Shown: one piece after another, positions 12,220 through 23,920 of the stretch
Numbering within the stretch: the first letter of the stretch is position 1
Layout of the letters: each line of letters begins with the position of its first letter
NCBI RefSeq assembly: GCF_036971445.1
Contig: NC_091478.1
Coordinates: forward strand, 8,742,001 to 8,806,000
Direction: 5' to 3'
Origin: Narcine bancroftii
Taxonomy: Eukaryota
DNA length: 64,000 nucleotides
The notes under the pieces: model-generated
Told to the model about the DNA's origin: nothing
The model's database searches: none
What the model saw: the letters and a program-made list of their open reading frames with translations, nothing else
Position numbers and translations under genes: made by a program

Positions 12220-13390
12220 AGCTGCCAGCTAGGCAACCATTGTCAGGGTGGCCAGACATCCGGTGTGGGGGGGCCAAATATGCAAAAGTGTACTTTACTA
12301 ATTAGTCAGCACCCCGGGGTTCATTGGCTGGGCATGGCCATCTTTATTCTTGTGTGCGTGCACGGGTACTGGTTGACGTATGCGCAGAAGGTTGGCACGA
12401 TAGTTAAGAGCGTGAATTCAGAGGCTCCATGGTGCCACCCCAGCTAGAATGGACACCAGGGAACAACCAGCATTGTAAACTTCAAAATGACTGTCCCTGC
12501 CTTACATTTGCACAAATGCTCTGTGTTCCTGAACTAAAAAAACTAAGCAGGAAAAGTAGGTTTTATTTATGTTTGGTATTTTTGCTAGTATAACCATTGC
12601 AGAAACAACAATTGATAATGATCAGTTTTTTTGAATATGTATTAAAAATACACTGGGAAAATATCCCACTCTCAGATGTGCAAAAAGGTAGCCATTAAGT
12701 TTTGGAGATTAGAACCTGAGGTTTTAAGTCACTTAGTAGGAATTGTGTGCAGGGATATGCATGTAGCTTCTGCGAATATTGCTAAATGATTCTCAAAGCC
12801 CAAACTTATTAAAAACTCAACAATGTTGCAACAGAGACAAGATGGCTTGGTTAACTATATCAATTGAACATACCCAGGCATCATCACTTGATCAGATTGA
12901 ATTGCTGACAAAATTTGCAAAGGAAAAGACTCGCAAAGTGAGATTTTGATGTGCCTGAAATTGAAACCTTTATGAGACATAATTTTAATAACACAATTGA
13001 CAAGATATTACCTCTGACAAGGAATTGATTTTTTTTTTAACCCTGTTTGTCTATTTTTGTTTGTTTCTCTGTCTGACTAAGCAAAATATTGTCCCCTAAA
13101 ATGACAAGTTGGTTATGCCAAGTAACCTTAAAAGGTATATAGACTTACAGTTATGTGAAGTAAAATGTTTTCATGTTGCGTTGCCCTTGCAGAAGTATGC
13201 CTTTAGTTCAAATTGTGCCAAAATAGTTTATTTTGTATTTGAGAAAGATAATCAAAGATTCTTGCAATTTAAAATAAATTAGCAGTTTAAAGTTTTGTGC
13301 TTTTCATTTTTTCCACAAAACATGTTTATGAAATTCGAAGTTGGCAATTTTTTGGGGGGGTGGGTGCAAACTAGTCTGGCACCAGCCCTG
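12220..13390 (+). mobile_element. Degenerate hAT DNA transposon nested in a Penelope-derived fold-back element (12010-13655)
   Basis: 12770-12950 encodes broken 'FSKPKLIKN..TMLQQR..ISIE...KFAKEKTRKVRF*', the hAT C-terminal dimerisation domain. Imperfect CAGGG-type termini at 12244 and 13390. No clear TSD. Confidence 0.65.
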
Positions 13391-13793
13391 CGTGACGGGG
13401 AGGGGATTGAAGAGGAATGTGTGTGGGATGGGGGCAGTCCTTTCACGGAGCCAAAAATCAATGCTCACATCTCCTCTCATTTTATGCAATGAACTCCTTT
13501 TGTTGGCCTGGATTCGCACATCCATAACCAGTCTTGTCTTCATTTTGATGGCTTCCTGAATGGCTCAGGCCCGAAACACTGGTAACATATCTCTACCTCC
13601 TACGAACACTGCTGGACCGGTTTGAGGTCCTCCAGAATTTCCGTGTTTTTACTACGAGATAGTTATTCAGTTGACCACCACTTTTCCCTGAATTAAATTC
13701 TCACTTGCTTGAGTCAATGCCGTCTGCCCTCCATCCCAGTCTTCTCACTCTCTGTAACTTTCACCAGTTCAACCCTCCACCTGGAGTCCTGGC

Positions 13794-14011
13794 CCCCACA
13801 CCATGTGGTCTAATCCCCACACCTCCTGACAAAACCAGCTGCCCTGCACACCACGTGGTCTAATCCCCACACCTCCTGACAAAACCAGCTGCCCTGCACA
13901 CCACGTGGTCTAATCCCCCACACCTCCTGACAAAACCAGCTTCCCTGCACACCACGTGGTCTAATCCCCACACCTCCTAACAAAACCAGCTGCCCTGCAC
14001 ACCACGTGGTC
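13794..14011. repeat. 50-bp tandem repeat (about 4.3 copies) upstream of HPDL, each with ACCACGTGGT
   Basis: Unit taatccccacacctcctgacaaaaccagctgccctgcacaccacgtggtc starts at 13811, 13861, 13911 and 13962. Confidence 0.95.
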
Positions 14012-14079
14012 TTCTTACCCACCGTATCCTGCTGCTGCTCTGTACATAAATGGCCGGCCTGCCCACTGATGACTCGACC

Positions 14080-14464
14080 CCAATGTAACCCCCGCCCCCT
14101 CCCATTCATTCGAGCACCTGGAGTTGGGCCAGCCGAAATCTAACGTGTATTAAGGGCGACCGTTCCTCCCTCAAGGTCTTCAGCCGCCCCGCAGACTGTC
14201 CCGCGCGTCCATCACTCTGGTCTCCCTTGACGACGGAGCCCCGCCCACCCATGGCGCCGACCAATCCACTGACTGCAGGTGCGCTCCGCTTCCGGGCGTG
14301 CGTGATGCTGAAGCGTCTCTCAGCATCCTGTGCCCTTCCCTTTCCTTCCCCCACCCCCCATTGTCCGGAGATCTGTTCCCCCCCTGCCCGATTCAGTATT
14401 GCCCCTTTGCCTTCCCACGGGCCACGTGCTCCTCCTCCCCCCGGCGGGCGGGCGGGCGGAGAAA
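14080..14464 (+). promoter_or_regulatory. CpG-island promoter and 5' leader of HPDL
   Basis: GC boxes (about 14092, 14184, 14241), CCAAT (14261), ETS-like cttccggg (about 14289) and E-box cacgtg (about 14423). Confidence 0.6.
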
Positions 14465-15090
14465 ATGGCGGTCAGGGTGCAGCGCCTCAGTCACATCGCC
14501 TTCCAGGTCCACAGCGGCGAACACTTCGCCCGCCACCTGGTGCGGCGCTTCAAGTTCGAGCCTTGCGGCCGCCGGGAGGCTCCGGGCGCCAGGCAGCTGG
14601 TACTGAGAAAAGGCTCCGCCGTCTTCATGGTGAACGAGAGCGCGGCGGGCGGCCGGCGCAGGGAGCCGGGGCCGGGGCCGGGGGGTCTCTTGTACGACGC
14701 GGCTCCGGGGCACGCGGTCGACTCGGCCTGCAACGTCTCGTTCGAGGTGAGGGACGTGGAGCAGGCGACGCTGAGCTTGAGCCGCCTCGGCTGCCAGGTC
14801 CTGGTGCCGCCGAGCCCCGTGCAGGACGACCTGGGTTCGGTCACCTACTCAGTGGTGCGGTCGGTGGTGGGGAACGTCCGCCATACCCTCGTCGACCGGA
14901 GCGACTACTCGGGCGACTTCCTGCCCGGTTTCGGAGCCCCGGCCGCGGGCTGGGCGCAGGAGGAGGCCGGGGGCCCGCTGGCCGTCACTCATTTCGATCA
15001 CATCACGTACGCGTGTCCTCCAGGGCAGAGCGGTCGGATCATGGACTGGTACCGGGACTGCTTCGGCTTCCAGCGCTTCCTCATGAATGG
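14465..15090 (+). CDS. HPDL: 4-hydroxyphenylpyruvate dioxygenase-like protein, exon 1
   Basis: MAVRVQRLSHIAFQVHSG...SAVFMVNE...SACNVSFEV...DFLPGF...HFDHITY follows HPDL. Kozak aaaATGg; donor GG|GTGAGT; 626 nt, phase 2. Confidence 0.93.
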
Positions 15091-15574
15091 GTGAGTGAAC
15101 TTCAGCCCCGGTCCGGATTAACGAGGCCCCCCCCCCCACCACCCCCATCATCTTTGCCTCTTCACCCGCGGGCTCTGCTGCTTCCTTTGCATTGAAGGTC
15201 ACTACTGAGGAGTGTTGCTTTGACCTGGAAGTTTCAGCAACTTTTCAAGTTGTCAAAATCGTGATTTGTTTAAGAAAATAGGAACCATTCAAACGGCTGA
15301 ACTTCAAAACAACGCTGGAGAAAGTCGGCAGGTCAAACAGTGTCCTTCATATGGCAAAGACGAATGTTTCGGGCTTGGGCACAGTCGGAAAGGGTGGAGA
15401 ACGGAGGGCACACCAGCAAGCGGGGGAAGAGGGGATGGCGAGGGAAGGGACTCTGCATTCAACCCATTATCCTGTGTAATTTCTGCCACTTTACCCCACT
15501 TCCAGGCACATTACCCCTCTCCACTTTCCATAGGGACTGTTCCCATTGTGTGCTCATTCTTTCCTCCCCGCCGC

Positions 15575-17335
15575 TATTCAGAACCATCCTTCCCCCCCCC
15601 CCCACACAGAGCCATCCTTCCTCTCTCCCCCCCACACAGAGCCATCCTTCCTCTCTCCCCCCACACAGAGCCATCCTTCCTCTCTCCCCCCACACAGAGC
15701 CATCCTTCCTCTCTCCCCCCACACAGAGCCATCCTTCCTCTCTCCCCCCACACAGAGCCATCCTTCCTCTCTCCCCCCACACAGAGCCATCCTTCCTCTC
15801 TCCCCCCACACAGAGCCATCCTTCCTCTCTCCCCCCACACAGAGCCATCCTTCCTCTCTCCCCCCACACAGAGCCATCCTTCCTCTCTCCCCCCACACAG
15901 AGCCATCCTTCCTCTCCCCCCACACAGAGCCATCCTTCCTCTCCCCCCCACTCAGAGCCATCCTTCCTCTCTCCCCCCCCACTCAGAGCCATCCTTCCTC
16001 TCTCCCCCCCCACTCAGAGCCATCCTTCCTCTCTCCCCCCCACTCAGAGCCATCCTTCCTCTCTCCCCCCCCACTCAGAGCCATCCTTCCTCTCTCCGCC
16101 CCCCACTCAGAGCCATCCTTCCTCTCTCTCCCCCCCCCCACTCAGAGCTATCCTTCCTCTCTCCCCCCCCCACTCAGAGCCATCCTTCCTCTCTCCCCCC
16201 ACTCAGAGCCATCCTTCCTCTCTCCCCCCCCCACTCAGAGCCATCCTTCCTCTCTCCCCCCCCCCACAGAGCCATCCTTCCTCTCTCCCCCCCACTCAGA
16301 GCCATCCTTCCTCTCTCCCCCCCACTCAGAGCCATCCTTCCTCTCTCCCCCCCACTCAGAGCCATCCTTCCTCCCCCCCCACTCAGAGCCATCCTTCCTC
16401 TCTCCCCCCCCCACTCAGAGCCATCCTTCCTCTCTCCCCCCCCCCACTCAGAGCCATCCTTCCTCTCTCCCCCCCCCACTCAGAGCCATCCTTCCTCTCT
16501 CCCCCCCCACTCAGAGCCATCCTTCCTCTCTCCCCCCCCCACTCAGAGCCATCCTTCCTCTCTCCCCCCCCACTCAGAGCCATCCTTCCTCTCTCCCCCC
16601 CCACTCAGAGCCATCCTTCCTCTCTCCCCCCCCACTCAGAGCCATCCTTCCTCTCTCCCCCCCCACTCAGAGCCATCCTTCCTCTCTCCCCCCCCACTCA
16701 GAGCCATCCTTCCTCTCTCCCCCCCCACTCAGAGCCATCCTTCCTCTCTCCCCCCCCACTCAGAGCCATCCTTCCTCTCTCCCCCCCCACTCAGAGCCAT
16801 CCTTCCTCTCCCCCCCCACTCAGAGCCATCCTTCCTCTCTCCCCCCCCACAGAGCCATCCTTCCTCTCTCCCCCCCCACAGAGCCATCCTTCCTCTCTCC
16901 CCCCCCACAGAGCCATCCTTCCTCTCTCCCCCCCCACAGAGCCATCCTTCCTCTCTCCCCCCCCACAGAGCCATCCTTCCTCTCTCCCCCCCCACTCAGA
17001 GCCATCCTTCCTCTCTCCCCCCCCACTCAGAGCCATCCTTCCTCTCTCCCCCCCCCACTCAGAGCCATCCTTCCTCTCTCCCCCCCCACTCAGAGCCATC
17101 CTTCCTCTCTCCCCCCCCACTCAGAGCCATCCTTCCTCTCTCCCCCCCCACTCAGAGCCATCCTTCCTCTCTCCCCCCCCAGCCATCCTTCCTCCCCCCC
17201 ATTCAGAGCCATCCTTCCTTCCTCCCCCACTTTCCCCCCCCCTCAGAGCCATCCTTCCTCTTCCCACCCCCCCCCCCACGCTATTCAGAGCCATCCTTCC
17301 TCTCTTCCCCCCCCCCCCCACTATTCAGAGCTATT
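15575..17335. repeat. Pyrimidine-rich minisatellite, 29-32-bp unit, roughly 55 copies, in HPDL intron 1
   Basis: Unit (ca/ct)cagagccatccttcctctct(c)5-10a, read directly. Confidence 0.97.
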
Positions 17336-17859
17336 TCTCCTCTCTCTCTTTCCCTCCCCCCCACCCCTTAGCTGGCATGCCTTCCCTCCCTCATCCACCT
17401 TTTACTTCCTGTCTGTGAGACTGCGTCCCCCCCTCAACCCAGGACCATTCTATTCTGGTGCCTGTCGACATTTTTTCATACCTTGATGGAAGACTCAAGC
17501 CCAAAATGTTGGTTATGTAAATTTAACTTAGCTATGTCAAGTACACTGACCTGGTGAATTTCTCCAGCATTGTTTTCACCATGTGATTACAATGTCTGGC
17601 AGTTGAAACTTTTGGACCAGTGTTCAATGTTCAATTTTTAAAATCTATTTCCATTCTTTATTTTCTTCACCCAACTTCCAGGTAAGGTGCATTTTTTTCC
17701 ACAATAACAATACAGTATTTGCTTAAAATCTATCTTTGCGATTAAGATTTAATATCATGGCTTTTGTTTTACAAGTTACCCATCCAACATTGAAGCTTGA
17801 CCTTTTATTGCATTTACATTATTTAAAATGTAATTGTATCAAACATTTTATTTTTCGAG

Positions 17860-18026
17860 AAATGAAGATGTAGATAACGGCTATGTCATTAAAGGGAATG
17901 ACATTGGACTGCGCTTGACTGCGATGGAATACAGGAAATGCAGTGAAGTTGGAATGTCAATTTCTACAAATGAAGAGAAGGAAACAGACTGCAAATTTGT
18001 GATTGCTGAGTCCTTGCCCTATCAAG
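17860..18026 (+). CDS. HPDL: HPDL exon 2
   Basis: NEDVDNGYVIKGNDIGLRLTAMEY...CKFVIAESLPYQ. The only phase-compatible acceptor is ttttcGAG|; donor G|GTACAG; 167 nt. Confidence 0.85.
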
Positions 18027-18356
18027 GTACAGTATGAATTGCTACCTTACATTCACAGCCTTTGCATATTTGCTTATTCTTTTAATATACTGAATACCAA
18101 AACTGCATTGTTAATAAGCACAATTTCAGACATCCACATCACAAGCCCTTCTAACTTGTGCAACGGCTCAGCATATTTTTTTCTATTTGTCAAGATAATC
18201 TTTACTTTTTTGTCAAAATAAAGCAGAATTAAATATTGCAAAATTAGAATCTTAATCAAGATCACAATGAATTATTTTTGTAAGGTCTAACATTAACTTG
18301 TGAAAAAATATAAATGAGTCATTGAATATTTTTACAACTACTTTGTGTGTGTTTAG

Positions 18357-18508
18357 GTAAAAATCAAGTTGACACATTTCTGGAGGAGCACCATGGAGCT
18401 GGGATACAGCATGTGGGATTATGTACTAATGACATAGTTTCTACCTGCAAATCTCTTGCAGATGCTGGGGTTCAATTTTTTACTCCTCCTTCTACATATT
18501 ACACAGAG
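18357..18508 (+). CDS. HPDL: HPDL exon 3
   Basis: GKNQVDTFLEEHHGAGIQHVGLCTNDIV...FFTPPSTYYTE contains the second Fe-binding His. Acceptor tttAG, donor GAG|GTACAG; 152 nt. Confidence 0.92.
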
Positions 18509-19989
18509 GTACAGTAATGCTGTAACAATTTAACTAATCCTCAAAAATTATTTTCATAAAAAGCACAGGAGATAGATAAAGAAGTCAGTGAAATGAAACT
18601 CTCATTATATGCTAGAGCTCGCATGGTTGCAGAGGAGTTCCTTAAAAATTTCTGATGCTGCTTGTGTTTACTTTCAACTATCAAGACCAAGGTTAAGATG
18701 AACTATGTGATCCCCAAATCTTTCTTCTTTAGGGCTGCATTGTTCATCTGAAATCACTCCTTTGCTGTAGATCTGGTTATTATATGGCAATGATTGAGCT
18801 GCATGAACTAATTTTAGTAGGAATATGTTTGAATATAGGTCTGTTTTGCTCAGGATAACCCTCCAGAATGAAACTAATATGGTTTTTAGACTGCAGGCAT
18901 GTTTTGCCACTACATGGGCAGTCTAAAAAGGAATGTGCAGGAATTTTGAGTCTATCCCTGCCCTGCGATTTATCCTGCAGGCACCTTACAACTTTTTAGA
19001 GGAAGCCTGCACTGTATATCGTATCAGAAAAATTTATTGATGGTCATCCACTCTTCTGCACATCCAACCACCGAGAGTGTTGCATTTAGGAAACTGCAGT
19101 CTAAAAAAGAGGCCCAGTGTGAACCACCACACGGGTAATAAATGTTATTTTTTTGCGAATGTTTTTTTTTTCCCCAGACATTGCAGTCTTTAAAAGCCAT
19201 TAGATACATATCTTTCCTTGATCATGGATATCAAACGACACCTATTATTCCAGATGTGATCTCACTGAAGCCCTGTAGAATTGCAGCAAGGCTTTCTCTG
19301 TGGACTTCAAACACTTGTAGCAATAGCTAATGTACCATTTCCTTTCCTATCACTATTTTAACCTTGTTCTCTTATGCAAGAGAAGATCTAAAATTGTAGG
19401 TTTGTTCATTGAATGTATCCTATGAACTTGTTTACCAAGTTGATTAAGATATTAATATTTATAAAGACTGGGTAAATCCAAAGGAAAGGTAGATTCAGGA
19501 GTGTTTTTCAAAATTTTAGTTTTATGCTTTAATTACTTTATAGTCATTAAAACTAGAGTTGAAACTTGCCAGAAAATGCCACCATTACCACATGATGTTA
19601 ATATTGAATTTCAGCAAGCTGATGCTCCCACAAACATGGTCGAGCTTGTGATGACACTCGAGTGTAACTGAGTGCCATTTTCTACTTGGACTTGCCCTTT
19701 CATGAAATTTATATTGAACCTGCATAGGAATGTTTTTTGCATCTTGTTAGCAAACATGGACAGTAATCCACTCAACAAGTAGGAAGATTCTCAACAAGTT
19801 CTGAGTCAATTTTATATTCATAGCCTCATTCGAGAATTATTTTATCAAAGATTTTAACAAAATTTTAATGATTCCAACACTTTTTCTATTGTGTCAAACT
19901 CAAGCTCTTTTGCTTTTTGTGCGCATTTTAAATTGGGCTTTAGGTAAAAACATTATGCACTCTGGATGAAAAGCTGTCTAATGTTTCAT

Positions 19990-21360
19990 TTGTACGGATT
20001 ATGAATCTAGTACAGCACAGGAATATGCCCGTCAGCCCAAAATGTCTGCTGATCATTCTGCCAATTTGAATTGTACTGTCTTCCACGTGCCTTCTAAACA
20101 TTGCTATTATAATCTCCTTCCACCATCATTGCGTCCCAGCCATCTACCACTCTCTGTGGGGGTTGGGGAGGAGAGAAGAGAAAGAAACTTAACATATAAA
20201 TCACTACACCCTCTCATCTTGAAGCTAGTATTTGATATTTCTGTCATGAGAAAAAGGACTATCTACGATGTCTAAACCTCTAATTCTGTAGCTATCTCTT
20301 GGGTTTCCCCTCAGCCCCTGATGCTCAAAAGAAAACAATTCCGGTTTGTCCGACTGTCCTTGAAGCTCTCTACTCCAGGCAATGCCCTAGTGACCCTCTT
20401 CTGCACCCTCCCTGGAGCCTCTACATCCTTCATGTAATGCAGTAATCAGAACAGAATATAGTATTCCACATGTGGCTTAACCAAAATTTTGTTCAGCTGC
20501 AATATGGCTCCCCAACATTTCCACTAAACACCCTGACTATTGAAGGCAAGTGTGTTGCACACTGCCTTGTTTACTTGTGTTGCCACTTCGAGGGAATATG
20601 GCCTTGCACTTCAAGAGCCCTCTAATGCAGCATCTCATGTTTGTGCAAATTAAACTCCAACTGCCATTTCTCTACCTACATTTCCAAATGTTGTAAATCC
20701 TGCTGAATCATTTGACAGGCTTGCTATCTGCCAATTTTTGTCATCTGCAAACTTGTCATCAGTCCAGCTACATTTTCTATGGCTAAGCCAATTTTGAATT
20801 CAGTCTACCAAATTTCCATAGTTTAACTCATTCATCTTGTGGATCAGGCTACCGCGAGTGTCCTTATTGAGAGCTTCACAACATTCCCTCCATAACACTG
20901 AATAGACAGTAGGTGCTGGAGTAGGCCATTCATCCCATCAAGCCAGCACCACCATTCATTTAGATCATGGCTGATCTTTCACTATCAGTACCCTGTCCCT
21001 GCCTTCTCCCCATAACCCTTAATTCCCCTGTCCTCAAGGACCTTGTCTAACTCCCTCTTGAACTTATCCCGAGAACCTGCCTTTACCACCCTCTGCAGCA
21101 AAGCATTCGACAGACCAACAACTTGGGGTTAAAAAAAAAAATTCTCATCTGTCGTAAAGGACCTTCCCTTTATATGGCCTCTAGTCCTAGTCTCTCCCAA
21201 CATTGGGAGCATGTAATCAGTTTCCATCCTGTCCGATCCCTTAATAATCATATACCTCAATCGTATCTCCCCTCATCTTTCTAAATTCCAATATCAATCC
21301 CAGTTTATCTAACCTTTAGGCATCCCAGGAACAAACCTTGTGAATCTACGCTGCACTCCC
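19990..21360 (-). mobile_element. Two CR1 LINE 3' fragments in HPDL intron 3
   Basis: CR1-type antisense motifs: 'caggaatatgcccgtcagccc', 'cagtattccacatgtggc', 'tcatctgcaaactt' (FADD on minus) and 'ggagtaggccattcatccc...gatcatggctgatc'. Confidence 0.65.
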
Positions 21361-21943
21361 TCGATAATCATCGACATCATCTCTTGATTCTCTGTCGTTT
21401 GCTTTGCTGAAATATTTCAAATACTACTGGCTGCTCAAAACCCCATATAAAGTATGTGGTTAATGGCCACATTTCTTTGTGGATCGCAAATTCTTGGCTA
21501 TTTTTACACATCTAATTAATGATCATTTTTGATCAGGAGGAACCGTCTAAAATTGTGCCCTCCATAATTTATTGTGCACTGAAGCCACCCATATAAACCT
21601 CATCTCCAACAATTTCTGTCTCAAAAATAATGAAATTAAAAATAGATTCCATGGTCCTGTGATCTAACATTGGATTTCTTTCTGGTCCTTTAACATTTTT
21701 CAGTATTCTTAAGGAGTAGTTGCCCTATGTTTATTTTAAATACTGAATCTTTGAATTATAAAATAATTTATAACTCCAGTGGTTATTGATTGGGAATAAA
21801 CATTCTTTCTCCTGGCATGTACCTTGATATTTAAATGTATTCAATTGAAATCATTGCAACCTACACTTCTTTTTAATATCCTTATATAGTAGGTAGACCA
21901 CATTTTCACTGATTCCATTGCATGCATTCATGTTCTTTTGCAG

Positions 21944-22077
21944 ATTGAGAAACAGCAGGAGATCATGAATGCAGGAGAAGATCCAGAGTTGCTTTCACAA
22001 TATGGCATTCTTCTGGATTCTGAAGATGATGGTGAAGGAGAAGCCAAATGTCATGGACCATCTAATAACAAGAAAAG
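21944..22077 (+). CDS. HPDL: HPDL exon 4
   Basis: IEKQQEIMNAGEDPELLSQYGILLDSE. Acceptor ttttgcAG, donor AG|GTTTGA; 134 nt; phases fit. Confidence 0.9.
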
Positions 22078-22594
22078 GTTTGATTTTTACATTACGAATC
22101 AATACTATTGTAAATCTTCCGGTTCATTGAACAATCCAACCATTTAATTAATAAGGTTTGAAGGAAAGAACAGGGATAATTAATGATTTCCATCTTGATC
22201 CACTATCTAAATAAATAATCTGGATATTCTCACCACTGTCAGGGAATTCTGCAAGGACAGTGTTAGGACACTCATGGTCATTTCTCAACATCTAACTAAG
22301 ATGTGGATTAATTACCAGGCAGGTGAGATTTTGATTTTTAAAACTTCACCTTTGCTTACTTGCTCACAATGACAGTGAAGCCGTTTAATCATCAGGTCCT
22401 ATTCCCTTTCCTTGTTTCACTGTGACCGTGCAACTTGCCCTCTCACATGCTCATAAATTCCCTTTTGCTAATTGGTTGTCCTTTTGACATTTAACTCCTG
22501 AAAGAGTTCTTTTTTTTTTAAGTCAATTAACTTATAATTAGCACATCTTTGCAATTTTTATGAACTCTTATAACCAAAATTTATTTTGTTGCAG

Positions 22595-22772
22595 GTACCT
22601 GATGCAAATGTTTACAAAACCATTATTTTCTGAAGAGACATTTTTTCTTGAGCTAATTGAGCGAAAAGGTGCTTCACGATTTGGAGATGGGAATATCCGT
22701 GCATTGTGGAAATCTGTTCAGACTTTTATGGATCAGCAAGAGGAGAATAAGTGTAAAAAGAATATCGGCTAG
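22595..22772 (+). CDS. HPDL: HPDL exon 5 (terminal)
   Basis: [42 protein letters not shown] contains the Fe-binding Glu. Stop TAG. Joined CDS is 1257 nt, 418 aa. Confidence 0.93.
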
Positions 22773-23089
22773 GAATGTGGGCTTGCCGTCAAGATGAATA
22801 ACTAAGGACGGCTGAATAGAAATTAGAATCCATTGGATACCTATAGCATTGTTTCAAGTAGCAGCTTTTTAACAGAGAAATTATGAATTGTTTGTCACGT
22901 GTACTGAAATACAGTAAAAAATCTTTTGTATATACTCTCCAAGCAAGTTCTCAAACAGCAGGTAGTGCAATAGCAAATAATAAACAAAACAACAGTGTAT
23001 AGAGTATTGCAACAAATCAAATAGTGCAGGGTATAGAGAAAGTACAGTTAAAGTGCAAAGCCATCTTTTATCGGCAAGATCTATTAATT

Positions 23090-23920
23090 CGTTTAATAAC
23101 AACTGGGGGAAACTTCTTGAATCTGGAGGTTGATGTTTTCAAGTATGTATCTTCTACACAGAATATGGCCAGGTGTGGATATCAGCTTTCTCAAAAGAGG
23201 GAGGTGTAAATGGAGGTTTGTTTGAATGATGGGTTGAGTGCCATTAGCAACTCTTGCAGTCTTTGGCAGAGCAGTTCCCGTACCAATCTAGACCGGATGC
23301 ATTCTTTAGTGTATCTGTAAAAGTTGGTGAGGCACGTCGAACTGCTTCAAAGCTTCTGAGAGTCTTTGGTGCACTTTCTTGCTTTTAACGTTAACTTGTT
23401 TGGACCAGGATAGATCAATGGTGATAGGCACTGTTAAGAACTTGAAACTCTTCACTACTTCCACTTCAGCACTGTTGATGTATACAGGGACAAGTACCCC
23501 TCCATTTCTGGAAATCAGTGACTACCTCCTTCATCATGATGACATCGAGGGAGGTTGTTATGACACCAAGCCACAAAACTAATCTGCAGTTGAGCCTCAT
23601 CATTCTTTGGGATCTAGCTGATGACAGTTGTCATCTGCAAACTTGTAGATGGAGTTGAGAGTAGTGTTTGACCATCAATGTATAGGGACCATGATAAGGT
23701 CATTTTGGATGGCATTGGTGTTTAGTATCACTGTGGGGTTCTTGTCACCAAATCTCTGCTTGAGGTCAACAGGTTAGGAAGTAGAGGATCTGGCTGCAAG
23801 GAGAAGGGGATGCGGATTCCTACGTCGTAATTTCGGGTTCAGTTTGTTTGAGACTTGTTTAGTCAAGAGTTGTAGTTAATAAATTCAAGTTGGGACTCGT
23901 CCTTGTCAGATATTCCAGAG
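23090..23920 (-). mobile_element. Degenerate LINE RT remnant (L2/Rex-like)
   Basis: 'gtcatctgcaaacttgtagatggagttg' reads NSIYKFADD on the minus strand. Confidence 0.6.

Noticed and set aside
13794-14011. CRISPR-like appearance of spaced palindromic repeats
   Set aside because: The units are contiguous and identical with no unique spacers, the context is eukaryotic, and there are no cas genes.
14227-15195. 322-aa ORF overlapping HPDL exon 1, and a GTG-led extension from 14330
   Set aside because: Stop codons are scarce in a GC-rich island. There is no recognisable protein, and HPDL homology begins at ATG 14465.
15266-17486. Three 646-701 aa proline-rich ORFs
   Set aside because: They are translations of the intronic minisatellite, which has no stop codons on the plus strand. 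All three frames are open and interchange.
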